DNA from: an uncultured cyanobacterium
GTDB taxonomy: Bacteria > Cyanobacteriota > Cyanobacteriia > Cyanobacteriales > Nostocaceae
Assembly (NCBI GenBank): GCA_963706595.1
Contig: OY970166.1
Span: 3,136,001 to 3,200,000, forward strand
Length of the DNA stretch: 64,000 bases
Reading direction: 5' to 3'
A program made the position numbers and the translations under genes. This document shows positions 41,844 through 51,939 of the stretch, piece after piece; within the stretch, counting starts at the first letter, position 1; every line of letters begins with the position of its first letter. The notes below the pieces were generated by a model, which was not told where the DNA came from, did not search any database, and saw only the letters and a list, made by a program, of their open reading frames with translations.

Positions 41844-42569
41844 TTAATAACAACCTTGCTCTAGTAAACTAGCAACTTCATCGTGACAATGTTCAGTGAG
41901 TTCATTCACAACATTTTTCGCTTGTTTGCCGTGATATTTCTGTTGATGTTGTGGTGTAATCCAATAAGGGCGACCAATTAACACAGCAACCCGACGATAT
42001 ATAACCAAGGGATGTAAACCTGGTTGATTAAATAAAGGTTCGGAAGGGTCAAATAAACTTAACAGTCGCAGAGGTAAACCATAAGTATTGACTTCTTCTA
42101 AGGAAGCGATCGCAATTGGTAAAATTGCCAAATCCTCTACAGTAGACCGCAATGCTAAATGAGCAAACCCTCTATGAAATTCACCAACTGCATTGGGACG
42201 AGTAGATGTCACCATTGGCCGAGTTCCTTCAGGGAAAACACCCACCATCTGCTTTGACTGCAAAATTATCTGTGACTGTTCAAAAAAGCTTTGCTGGCGG
42301 TTGGGCGTATCCTCCAAAGGAAAACATCCCAATTGTCCCGTGACAATTTCCCGCATTAGTGGTACTTGTCCCATATAGTGATGACAAGCAAAGCGAATTG
42401 GTCTGGATAGCGCCGACATTAAAATCAGTGCATCCATAAAGCTACGGTGATTGCTGACTACTAAAACACTACCATCCCTGGGGATGCGATTTTCGTGGTA
42501 GCGAAAAATTTGCGTTGATAACGCCGCCAGGAAATAGCGAGAAATATCCAGGGGACTATTTGGACTCAT
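41844..42569 (-). CDS. Lysophospholipid acyltransferase family protein (PlsC-like)
   Basis: NHRSFMD (Hx4D) and FPEGT. Confidence 0.88.
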   Translation of the reverse strand: MSPNSPLDISRYFLAALSTQIFRYHENRIPRDGSVLVVSNHRSFMDALILMSALSRPIRFACHHYMGQVPLMREIVTGQLGCFPLEDTPNRQQSFFEQSQIILQSKQMVGVFPEGTRPMVTSTRPNAVGEFHRGFAHLALRSTVEDLAILPIAIASLEEVNTYGLPLRLLSLFDPSEPLFNQPGLHPLVIYRRVAVLIGRPYWITPQHQQKYHGKQAKNVVNELTEHCHDEVASLLEQGCY

Positions 42570-42945
42570 ACCTAATTAATATATTTTTTTCCAAATCGCA
42601 GATGATCTTGACTTAATTTTTACATTTCTGTATTGATACTTAGGCAGTCTTAAGGTAGAAAAATTTTATCCATAAAGGTAGCTACATTTTCAGACTTTAG
42701 AGTTATGTATTCACAGTTACAATTAATATGATAGCAATCATTAGAAAATATTATCATTGGCTGAATGAGTTCTTGTGAGTAGAGGCTAGGCAGATTTATA
42801 CACATCAAGAAAAAATTCTGGTCATCAGAAATTTGCTAATATTAAGTTATGCTTTGTCAAACAAGTAGTAATATCATAAGATTGCATGGATTTACCAGTA
42901 AAAGTAAAATAGAAACCCTTTTAATAATTTATTTTTTTATTTTGT

Positions 42946-44544
42946 ATGGATTTAGTGGATAAAACAAAAAAAAGATTTGCATTGACAACACCCCTATATT
43001 ATGTAAATGATGTTCCTCACGTTGGCAGTGCTTACACAACAATAGCAGCAGATGTGGTGGCACGGTTTCACAGGCTCTCAGGGCATCAGGTATTACTGAT
43101 TACAGGTACAGATGAACACGGACAAAAAATTCAGCGTTCAGCAGAGAGTTTAGGGAAACCGCCACAAGAGTTTTGTGATCAAATCGTGCCTAGCTTTATC
43201 AAGTTATGGCAGTTATTAAATATTCAGTATGATCGCTTTAGTCGCACTACAGCGAACCGTCATGAAGCCATTGTCAAAGATTTCTTCTTGCGAGTCTGGG
43301 ACAAAGGCGACATCTACCAAGGTAAACAGAAAGGTTGGTACTGCGTATCCTGTGAAGAATTTAAGGAAGAACGGGAACTACTAGAAGGAAAGCGCTGCCC
43401 TATTCATATTAACAAGGAAGTTGAGTGGCGCGACGAGCAAAACTACTTTTTCCGTCTATCTAATTATCAAGCCCAACTCGAAGAGTTTTATCAATCTCGA
43501 CCAGATTTTATTCAACCAGAAAGCCGTAGAAATGAAGTCTTAAGCTTTGTCAGCCAAGGGTTACAGGATTTTTCTATTTCGCGAGTCAATCTGGACTGGG
43601 GTTTCCCTGTACCAGTTGATCCCCAGCATACCCTTTATGTCTGGTTTGACGCGTTGCTAGCTTATGTCACCGCTTTACTAGAACCAGATGCAGAACCAAC
43701 TTTAGCCAACGCCTTAGAAACTTGGTGGCCAATTAACCTGCATCTAATTGGTAAAGATATCCTCCGATTCCATGCAGTGTATTGGCCAGCCATGCTGATG
43801 TCGGCTGGTTTACCCTTACCAGATCAAGTATTTGGACATGGTTTTTTGACTAAAGATGGTCAAAAAATGGGTAAGTCTCTGGGTAATACCCTCGATCCTA
43901 TCGGGCTAGTTGAAAGTTATGGTAGTGATGCAGTTCGTTATTACTTCCTTAAGGAAATCGAATTTGGCAAAGATGGCGATTTTAATGAAGTTAGATTCAT
44001 TAATGTTTTGAATGCAGATTTGGCGAATGACTTAGGTAATTTGCTTAATCGCAGCTTAAACATGGTGAAGAAATACTGTAGTGATGGACTAACAATTGGA
44101 AATGAAGCCATTAATGACCAAAATCCTTTGAAAGCCATTGGTTTAACTCTAGGGGAACAGGTACAACAATCCTATCAAGCGCTAGCTTTCAACCAAGCCT
44201 GTGAAGCTACCCTTTTGCTGGTCCGAACCTGTAATAAGTTTATTGATGAACAAGCCCCTTGGTCACTATATAAACAAGGAAAGCAGCAGGAAGTGGAAAT
44301 AGTCCTGTACGCAGTTCTAGAATCTGTTAGACTAGCAGCTTATCTTTTGTCCCCAGTAATTCCCAATATCAGTAACGCTATTTATCAGCAACTGGGCTTT
44401 GGAATTGACTTTAATGATCAAATAAAAACTTCTATGCTTGCTCCTTTTGCTATCCATGCCAAATGGGGAGTACTAAGCAGTGAACAGTCTTTGGGTAAAC
44501 CACAACCCGTCTTTAAACGCATAGAAGTTCCCAAAAACGATTAG
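42946..44544 (+). CDS. metG: Methionyl-tRNA synthetase
   Basis: PLYYVN..PHVGSAY (HIGH-like), YVWFDAL, GKDILRFH and KMGKSLGN. Confidence 0.97.
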   Translation: MDLVDKTKKRFALTTPLYYVNDVPHVGSAYTTIAADVVARFHRLSGHQVLLITGTDEHGQKIQRSAESLGKPPQEFCDQIVPSFIKLWQLLNIQYDRFSRTTANRHEAIVKDFFLRVWDKGDIYQGKQKGWYCVSCEEFKEERELLEGKRCPIHINKEVEWRDEQNYFFRLSNYQAQLEEFYQSRPDFIQPESRRNEVLSFVSQGLQDFSISRVNLDWGFPVPVDPQHTLYVWFDALLAYVTALLEPDAEPTLANALETWWPINLHLIGKDILRFHAVYWPAMLMSAGLPLPDQVFGHGFLTKDGQKMGKSLGNTLDPIGLVESYGSDAVRYYFLKEIEFGKDGDFNEVRFINVLNADLANDLGNLLNRSLNMVKKYCSDGLTIGNEAINDQNPLKAIGLTLGEQVQQSYQALAFNQACEATLLLVRTCNKFIDEQAPWSLYKQGKQQEVEIVLYAVLESVRLAAYLLSPVIPNISNAIYQQLGFGIDFNDQIKTSMLAPFAIHAKWGVLSSEQSLGKPQPVFKRIEVPKND

Positions 44545-44705
44545 TCTTTTTAATTTTTCATCATTTTTCGATTTTGTTCAATTTCTTAATTTTCTCAAAA
44601 ACCTGATCGGGGCTTAACTTATCAGCTCCGAAACCTTATCATAAGCCGTTCTAGCATAAAATCTCGGTAAATTCGTATCAAATATAACAAGCATAATAAT
44701 GAGGT

Positions 44706-45344
44706 ATGACAACAATGTTGAATAATTTGGAAAGTGACTCAATCTTTACACCGGAACAAGTGTTAGAGAATCGAGGTCGTGTAGCTATATTTATTGATGG
44801 TTCCAACCTATTTTATGCTGCATTACAACTGGGCATCGAAATTGACTACACAAAGCTACTATGCCGATTAACTGGCGGTTCTAGACTTTTGCGTTCTTTC
44901 TTTTATACTGGTGTAGACCGCACCAACGAAAAGCAGCAAGGGTTTCTGTTGTGGATGCGTCGCAATGGCTACCGAGTCATCGCTAAGGATTTAGTACAGT
45001 TACCTGATGGCTCGAAGAAAGCTAACCTGGATGTAGAAATTGCCGTAGATATGATGGCTTTGGTAGATTCCTATGATACCGCAGTTTTAGTCAGTGGTGA
45101 TGGGGATTTGGCTTATGCTGTCAATTCAGTTAGCTATCGTGGTGTGCGCGTTGAGGTTGTGAGTTTGCGCTCGATGACCAGTGATAGTTTAATCAATGTC
45201 AGCGATCGCTATATTGATTTAGAAGCCATCAAAGAAGATATTCAAAAAAACCCACGTCAAAGCTATCCATATCGACCTCTATCCAGCATGGGTTTTCTGG
45301 AAGATATGAGAGAGGCTGATCAACAGTTAGAAATCCAAGATTAA
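44706..45344 (+). CDS. NYN-domain LabA/DUF88 family protein
   Basis: Motifs IFIDGSNLF, DVEIAVDM and LVSGDGDL. Confidence 0.9.
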   Translation: MTTMLNNLESDSIFTPEQVLENRGRVAIFIDGSNLFYAALQLGIEIDYTKLLCRLTGGSRLLRSFFYTGVDRTNEKQQGFLLWMRRNGYRVIAKDLVQLPDGSKKANLDVEIAVDMMALVDSYDTAVLVSGDGDLAYAVNSVSYRGVRVEVVSLRSMTSDSLINVSDRYIDLEAIKEDIQKNPRQSYPYRPLSSMGFLEDMREADQQLEIQD

Positions 45345-46603
45345 TGAATTATCAAAAAGGTAGGCAGAAAAAGAGAGTAAATGGTGCTGAAAAAGGGCAG
45401 AATCGCCAAGATTTACCCAGATTATTGGCATCACTGTCTCTTAATTCTTTACAACTAAAAGCAAATTGGTTTTACCTGCCTTTAACTTTTTTATTGTTAC
45501 TTGGATTAGTTGCTTGTGGGGGGAAATCCCCCCCGACTTCTCAATCAAACGATGCTGATTCATCTCCCCAAGAAAGCAATTTAACCTTTTTTGATGTCAC
45601 TTTAGAACAAGCTGATGAAGTAGGAAGACCAGTTTGGAAAGTGCGATCTAAGAAGGCAATATACACCAAAGAAAAACAAATTGGTGAGGCGGAAAGTCCC
45701 GTTGGTGAACTATACCAAGATGGCAAACCGATTTACCAAATACAAGCAGATAAAGCAGATATTGAACAGGATGGTCAGAAGCTATTGCTGAAGGGCAAGA
45801 TCCTGGCGACAGACCCGGTAAATGGCATTGTATTGCGAGGTAATGAATTAGAATGGTTGCCTCAAGAAGATTTATTAATTGTCCGTAACCAATTAAATGG
45901 GACTCATAAACAATTAAAAGCAGTCGCGCAAGAAGCACGAGTTAAAACCCGTGAACAGCGCATAGAATTTTCTGGTGGCGTAATCGCTAATTCAGTTGAT
46001 CCGCAAATGCAAATGCGAAGTGAGACTTTAACTTGGCGGATTAAAGAAGAAACATTAACAAGCGATCGCCCCATCCAAATCGACCGTTACAATAATAATA
46101 AAATTACTGACAGTGGACAGGGAGACGCTGCCGAAGTCAACTTAAAAACTAAAATTGCTACTATCAAAAAAAATGCCCGGCTAGAATTAGTAGACCCACC
46201 GACGCAAATAGCTAGTAATTCTATGACCTGGGACATGAAAGCACAAACTGTGAAAACAAATTCCCCCATCACTGTTGTCCAGCGTGCCGAAAATGTGACT
46301 GTAACCGCTAATAAAGGCGAAATGAAAATACAGCAAAAAATTGTGAATTTAGCAGGTAATGTCACTGCTATAGGTCAACGTCGTCAGTCTCTCAAATCTA
46401 ATCTATTAAGTTGGTATCTGGACAAGAAATTATTAGAAGCGCAGGGAAATGTGATTTATCGTCAAGTTGACCCTCCCATAAATTTTACAGGTGAAACAGC
46501 CGTTGGTAATCTGCAAACAGAAGACATTGTAGTTAAAAGTGGTAAATCTGGTCGCAGAGTAGTCACAGAAATTATTCCTCGAGATTTAGGAAGTAGTAAT
46601 TAG
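45344..46603 (+). CDS. lptC: LPS export periplasmic protein LptC (cyanobacterial long form)
   Basis: Lipobox LVAC and repeated beta-jellyroll-like segments; translationally coupled to the NYN gene. Confidence 0.75.
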   Translation: MNYQKGRQKKRVNGAEKGQNRQDLPRLLASLSLNSLQLKANWFYLPLTFLLLLGLVACGGKSPPTSQSNDADSSPQESNLTFFDVTLEQADEVGRPVWKVRSKKAIYTKEKQIGEAESPVGELYQDGKPIYQIQADKADIEQDGQKLLLKGKILATDPVNGIVLRGNELEWLPQEDLLIVRNQLNGTHKQLKAVAQEARVKTREQRIEFSGGVIANSVDPQMQMRSETLTWRIKEETLTSDRPIQIDRYNNNKITDSGQGDAAEVNLKTKIATIKKNARLELVDPPTQIASNSMTWDMKAQTVKTNSPITVVQRAENVTVTANKGEMKIQQKIVNLAGNVTAIGQRRQSLKSNLLSWYLDKKLLEAQGNVIYRQVDPPINFTGETAVGNLQTEDIVVKSGKSGRRVVTEIIPRDLGSSN

Positions 46604-46662
46604 GAAGAAGCAGATGTGCAAGGGACTGAGGAATGAATAAGCAAACTCTCAGAAATAAAAGC

Positions 46663-46838
46663 TATAGCAGTCCTAAATCATTTCTGAACCTCTTTACTTC
46701 TTCGCTTGGCGACCTTGGCGACTAAAGCCCTGGGGGCATACGCTGCGCGTAAAGCCTACGGCATAGCTACGCTTAACGCGTAGCGTCTCGTAAGAGAAGG
46801 AGGTTCGATAAATTCATAAATCAAATAGGATGGCTATA
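46663..46838. mobile_element. MITE family C copy with nested small repeats
   Basis: TATAGCAGTCCTAAATCA...TAGGATGGCTATA. The CTTGGCG core is interrupted by TAAAGCC...GGCATA and GCGTAGCGTCTC units. Confidence 0.75.
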
Positions 46839-46854
46839 ATTCCTAAATTACGAA

Positions 46855-48192
46855 TTACGAATTAGTCTTATTTGCGCCTAACAAAATTTCGTTACGACTA
46901 GCCGCACCCAATTCCGGTGAAAAATATTTAGGAGAGTGGGGAGTAATAGTAGAGGGAGTATTGGGAGCTACTGCTAACTGGTTGACAAGAGTTTGTAAAA
47001 GCTTATCTTGATTAGTGCGGAAAGCTGATACTTGTGGTCCACGGTTAATAATAGCAAACCACACCAAACCGCGATCGCGTGTAGGAATGACTCCAGCTAA
47101 AGCGCTCACCTCCCGCAAAGTACCAGTTTTCATCACAGTAGCATGAGGCATATTTCTATACTGCACTGTGCCGCGACGGTCAAATCCAGAGGCTGGAAAC
47201 AAATCAGCCACATTAATTTTATGGGTGGCGGCTTCCCGTTGAATTGCCATTAACATCGCACAGGCGGCTCTGGGAGAAATGCGATTGTCTACTCCTAATC
47301 CTGAACCATTGATTAACTGAATTTCTGCTTCTGGTACTCCAGCCAATTTAGCAGCTTTCAATTGCATTACAGCCGCTCCTCCTACGGATTCCGCCAACAT
47401 TTCTGCCATGACGTTGTTACTGAAAACGTTCATTTCCTTAATTAGTTGCTGCAAAGGTAAAGAACGGCGGCGCACCAGTAGGGTTTGTTGGGGATTTGGT
47501 TGGATTGCTAATTTCACACTCCCCGCAATCACAACTTGAGGCTTGGCTGTTCCCCTCGGCATGATTGAATAGATGTAATTTGCCGGACGAGTCCAAGTGG
47601 TGTGATTCAGTGCTTGCTTGAGCATCTGCCCAGCTAATATGGGATTTGGTTCAAAATTCATGGCGAAATTGCCGTTTATGAGCAAATTTCCCTTGACTTG
47701 CTTAATACCCATTTTATTCAGAGTATTACCCAATGCGATCGCCTCTTCCCAAACAAACATCGGATCACCACCGCCGGTAATCACCAAATCACCCTGTAAT
47801 ACCCCTTTAACTATTGGTCCTGTAGTGCTGACCAAAGTTTCAAATTGGTGTTCTGGTCCCCAAGTTTTCAACGCCACAAGTGAAGTAGCAATCTTAGTTA
47901 AAGAAGCCGCAGGTAGAGGAGTTGTACCTTGATGATTAGCCATCAACATTGGTCCCGACTGCATCCAAATACCTTGACTCTCGGCTAAATTTGCCGCCAC
48001 CAATTTTGCCGAAATCAATGCTTGCAAATATTGCTGGACTGTAGTAGAACCGGCTGGATTTGGATCAGGTGCTAGAACCAAGCCAGGGCTACTTTGCCAA
48101 GCTAATGCCTGTAGGGCTTCTGTCGGCTTAATTTGTACCCCAGCCATTTCCAGCCACAAAGAAACTAAACCTGAACCCAATAATTCCAGCAT
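46855..48192 (-). CDS. dacB: D-alanyl-D-alanine carboxypeptidase/endopeptidase (S13, PBP4-like)
   Basis: Motifs AASLTK (SxxK), SNN, NGSGL and KTGTL. Confidence 0.85.
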   Translation of the reverse strand: MLELLGSGLVSLWLEMAGVQIKPTEALQALAWQSSPGLVLAPDPNPAGSTTVQQYLQALISAKLVAANLAESQGIWMQSGPMLMANHQGTTPLPAASLTKIATSLVALKTWGPEHQFETLVSTTGPIVKGVLQGDLVITGGGDPMFVWEEAIALGNTLNKMGIKQVKGNLLINGNFAMNFEPNPILAGQMLKQALNHTTWTRPANYIYSIMPRGTAKPQVVIAGSVKLAIQPNPQQTLLVRRRSLPLQQLIKEMNVFSNNVMAEMLAESVGGAAVMQLKAAKLAGVPEAEIQLINGSGLGVDNRISPRAACAMLMAIQREAATHKINVADLFPASGFDRRGTVQYRNMPHATVMKTGTLREVSALAGVIPTRDRGLVWFAIINRGPQVSAFRTNQDKLLQTLVNQLAVAPNTPSTITPHSPKYFSPELGAASRNEILLGANKTNS

Positions 48193-48365
48193 ACTTGATT
48201 CCTCTAAATTGTTTCCTGTGCTAATATACAAGCTTTTTGAGCATAATCAGCAGGATGGGTTGCGCGGCACAACAACGCACCATCTGGATAGATTATGTTA
48301 CTAATTTTTTCACACATTGGATAATACTGATGGAGGAAACAAAGACTGCGATCGCTAGATGAAAT

Positions 48366-49451
48366 TTACTTTCTTTCTGGATGTGCCTTTTCTTCCACAG
48401 AAGGAGTACCCATCTGGTTAATTACCGCAATCATTTGATACAAACGACCCAAATCACGTTGGTTAAAATACAACACCAAGCGGGGTAGTTCTGCTGTCTC
48501 ATCTTGGTTTTCTGGAGGTAAAGCTTGACTTTTGGCAATTTTTCCTTTCACCAGAATGTCGCTAAAGTCAGCATTTAACTTCTCCACCGCCGCATCTGAT
48601 AAATCTGCTGACAGACGAATTACTAACTGCTCCCCGACATAGCGGCTAGAGTGATAAACTCGATAAAAACCAGTAATCGCATTACAAGCTACTTCCAGGT
48701 TATCTGTGACTGTATAAAGGCTGGGATCTTCAGGACTCACAAGACCTTTTTGCACCAGTTGCTGATTAATATATTCGCTCCAAGACCGCCAGTAATCGCC
48801 ACCAGGATGATCAATTAAAACTACAGGAACAGGGCCAAATTTACCCGTTTGGCTTAAAGTCATACATTCAAAAGCTTCATCTTGAGTGCCAAAACCCCCA
48901 GGAAATAAGGCCACTGCATCACTTTCTTTGAGAAGAAACAGTTTGCGGGTAAAGAAATACTTAAAATGAATCAGCTTAGGATCACCCTCAATAAATGGGT
49001 TAGCTTGCTGCTCAAAGGGTAACTGAATATTTAAGCCAAAGGAATTATCTCGCCCAGCGCCTTCGTGTCCCGCCTGCATAATACCGCCGCCGCCGCCTGT
49101 CATGACCATAAATCCTAACTGACAAACAATACGAGCAAACTCAAGAGCCATCTGATACTCTGGTGTTGCTGGCGATAGACGAGCCGAACCAAAAATAGTT
49201 ACTTTGCGGACGTGTCGGTAGTCATAAAATAACTGGAAACCTCGTTCCATATCTGCTAACGCAGATGACAATATTTTCCAGTCAAGACGTTCAATTTCAC
49301 TTTCAGCCAGACGCACTATAGTAGACAGCGCCTGCTGAATCAGTTGCTGATTTTTTAACGTTGGTAAACGATCAAATAGTTCAGCGATATCTGCTTGGAG
49401 AGTCTCTAATGTGTCAAACGACGCGGGTGAGGTCATGAGAACTGTCGCCAC
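48366..49451 (-). CDS. LOG family protein (long type)
   Basis: Motifs TIFGSAR, TGGGGGIM, YFFTRK and PGGFGTQDE. Confidence 0.9.
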   Translation of the reverse strand: MATVLMTSPASFDTLETLQADIAELFDRLPTLKNQQLIQQALSTIVRLAESEIERLDWKILSSALADMERGFQLFYDYRHVRKVTIFGSARLSPATPEYQMALEFARIVCQLGFMVMTGGGGGIMQAGHEGAGRDNSFGLNIQLPFEQQANPFIEGDPKLIHFKYFFTRKLFLLKESDAVALFPGGFGTQDEAFECMTLSQTGKFGPVPVVLIDHPGGDYWRSWSEYINQQLVQKGLVSPEDPSLYTVTDNLEVACNAITGFYRVYHSSRYVGEQLVIRLSADLSDAAVEKLNADFSDILVKGKIAKSQALPPENQDETAELPRLVLYFNQRDLGRLYQMIAVINQMGTPSVEEKAHPERK

Positions 49452-49765
49452 AATGGCATTACATTTTACCAGATTTTGGAATTCAGGTTACAACTGCTTC
49501 ACGCGGTAGTTAGGGACTGACCAAAAGAGGCAGGGGAGAAGAGGCAGGGGAGAAGAGGCAGGGGTGCAGGGGGCAGGGAGCAGGGGGGAGTTAGCAATTG
49601 CTTTAAACTTCCTTACTTACCCTGTTCCTCTTCTTTGACATGGTTTACCACAAAAAAAAGTTGTCTTGAGACGCGAAAACTCGCGTCTCACCAACTTTTT
49701 CACAAATATTTACCTAAATCTAAAGCAAATGGCCGATTCAAAAGGATTTGGCTACCAATTGAGTT

Positions 49766-50089
49766 TCAAAGATATTTTTCCAAAGTAGTAGCTAATGTAG
49801 TTTTAGGCACTGCACCGACTACCATATCAACTTTTTCCCCATTTTTAAAAATCATTAAAGTGGGGATGCTGCGGATGCCATACTGACTGGCGACATTAGG
49901 ATTTTCATCAGTATTGACTTTCACAACCTTGATTTGACCTTCATACTGACCGGCAATTTCCTCTACAACAGGAGCTACCATGCGGCAAGGACCGCACCAG
50001 GGGGCCCAGAAGTCAACTAAAACTGGTACATCGCTTTCGAGTACTTCTTGCTTAAAACTAGAATCTGTAACTTGTTCGGCTGCTGTCAT
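49766..50089 (-). CDS. trxA: Thioredoxin m-type
   Basis: [10 protein letters not shown]. Confidence 0.96.
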   Translation of the reverse strand: MTAAEQVTDSSFKQEVLESDVPVLVDFWAPWCGPCRMVAPVVEEIAGQYEGQIKVVKVNTDENPNVASQYGIRSIPTLMIFKNGEKVDMVVGAVPKTTLATTLEKYL

Positions 50090-50211
50090 GCCTAAAAACC
50101 TTTGCCAATTATATTTCTGAGTTTGGTGAAAATTCTACCATAGCAAAAACAGCCGCTCAGAAGTCAAAAATGTACATTTGCAACGAAACTAAAGAAATTA
50201 TGCATAAACAT

Positions 50212-50281
50212 AAGGAACCGCCCAGACAATAGTCCGGGCGGAGTGTGGTGTGAGGAGTGAACGGAAACATCTGTCTCCGCT
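50212..50281 (-). ncRNA. yfr1: Yfr1 small RNA
   Basis: The minus strand reads as 5' hairpin (GCGGAGACAG..TTTCCGT), unpaired ACTCCTCACAC, then CCGCCCGGAC..GTCTGGGCGG terminator. It occupies the known guaB-trxA position, with TACAAT -10 at 50288-50293. Confidence 0.93.
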
Positions 50282-50430
50282 ATCTCTATTGTAGGCGACA
50301 TATCGGATTTTTCCAGAGATTGTTTAAGAGTCTGGAAAAATTTTTTATGAAGAATTTGAGTTTGGACATGGGGAACAGTAAATATTTTATTTCTTACTAG
50401 TGATTTATGCCTCCCTATTGCCCATTTTCT

Positions 50431-51594
50431 TTATTTACCCATGCCTAATTGTTGGGCTTTTTGGTATACTTTGCCTTCAGTTAGTAGGGAAGGTGCAATT
50501 ACCACTTCAACTTTCTGCATTTCTTTAATGTTTTTGGCTCCTAATGTCCCCATGCTAGTTTTCAAAGCTCCCACAAGGTTATGAGTACCATCATCTAGTC
50601 CGGCGGGACCGATGAGTATTTGCTCTAGGCTGCCAGTTGTGCCAACGCTAATGCGGGTTCCACGGGGTAGGACTGGGCTAGGAGTTGCCATTCCCCAATG
50701 ATAGCCCCTGCCTGGAGCTTCGGCGGCTCTGGCAAAGGGAGAACCAATCATCACTCCATCTGCACCACAGGCGATGCACTTGCAAATGTCGCCACCGGTA
50801 ATTAAACCGCCATCGGCAATGATGGGAATGTAGTTACCAGTTTCCTGATAATAATCATCTCTGGCGGCGGCACAATCTGCGATCGCAGTTGCTTGTGGTA
50901 TACCCACACCCAAAACGCCACGAGAGGTACAAGCCGCACCAGGTCCAATTCCCACTAATACCGCAGCCGCCCCAGCTTTTAACAAATTCAACGTAACTTC
51001 ATAAGTTACGCAATTCCCCAAAGCCACGGGGATGGGCATAGAACGGCAAAATTCCGCCAAATCGAGGGGAACTATTGACTCTGGCGATAAATGTGCCGTA
51101 GAGACTACTGTAGCCTGGACAAAAAATAAATCTGCCCCAGCTTTTGCTACTATCTCACCATATTTACTAGCTGCGGCTGGCGTAGCACTTACCGCCGCAA
51201 TGCCGCCTTGTTGTTTAATTTCCTGAATACGTTTTTCAATTAATTCCGGCTTTATGGGTTCGGCATAGAGTTCTTGCATCAAGGACACAAACTCACTTTT
51301 ACCGACTGAGGCGATTCGATCTAAAATCGGCTCTGGGTCAGCATAGCGAGTTTGGATACCTTCTAAGTTGATGACTCCTAATGCTCCTAACTGTGACAGT
51401 TTTACAGCCATCTTGACATCGACTACGCCATCCATTGCGCTGGCAATTATTGGGATTTCTCGCTCAATATTGCCAATAGTCCACTTCGTATCTGCCAGAC
51501 TCGGATCGAGTGTTCTGTTACCAGGGACTAGAGCAATTTCATCAATTCCATAAGCTCTACGAGCTGTTTTTCCCCGCCCAAGTTGAATTTCCAC
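50431..51594 (-). CDS. guaB: GuaB3-type IMP dehydrogenase
   Basis: Motifs [18 protein letters not shown] and IIADGG. Confidence 0.93.
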   Translation of the reverse strand: MEIQLGRGKTARRAYGIDEIALVPGNRTLDPSLADTKWTIGNIEREIPIIASAMDGVVDVKMAVKLSQLGALGVINLEGIQTRYADPEPILDRIASVGKSEFVSLMQELYAEPIKPELIEKRIQEIKQQGGIAAVSATPAAASKYGEIVAKAGADLFFVQATVVSTAHLSPESIVPLDLAEFCRSMPIPVALGNCVTYEVTLNLLKAGAAAVLVGIGPGAACTSRGVLGVGIPQATAIADCAAARDDYYQETGNYIPIIADGGLITGGDICKCIACGADGVMIGSPFARAAEAPGRGYHWGMATPSPVLPRGTRISVGTTGSLEQILIGPAGLDDGTHNLVGALKTSMGTLGAKNIKEMQKVEVVIAPSLLTEGKVYQKAQQLGMGK

Positions 51595-51822
51595 GCTTTA
51601 ACTTTTCTCAAATCTGTTTAAGCTAGGGTATCAAATTGTGAGGGGATTTGGAGCGTTTTTTTTGGTCAGCAACCACTAATTTTTAGAAGATAAGAGTCTG
51701 GAGAAAAATTTTAACTTGCATGATCAGGACGGGCAAGACTTGTACTGAGCTTGTCGTTCGCGTAGCGTGGCGTTAGCCATAGTATGCCCATCCCACGAAA
51801 TTTTCAGTCAAAATTATGTTTT

Positions 51823-51903
51823 GTAGGGTGTGTTGTCGCGTAGCGCAACGCACCATCTTCAATTCTCGGTGCGTTAGGACTAGCGTCCATAACGCACCCT
51901 ACA
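51823..51903. repeat. GTAGGGTG REP-like inverted pair (related copies at 62237-62271 and ~48255-48284)
   Basis: GTAGGGTGTGTTGTCGCGTAGCGCAACGCACC ... GGTGCGTTA...TAACGCACCCTAC. Confidence 0.8.
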
Positions 51904-51939
51904 GGTTCGTTCACTGATAACTGTTAACTGTTCACTGAA

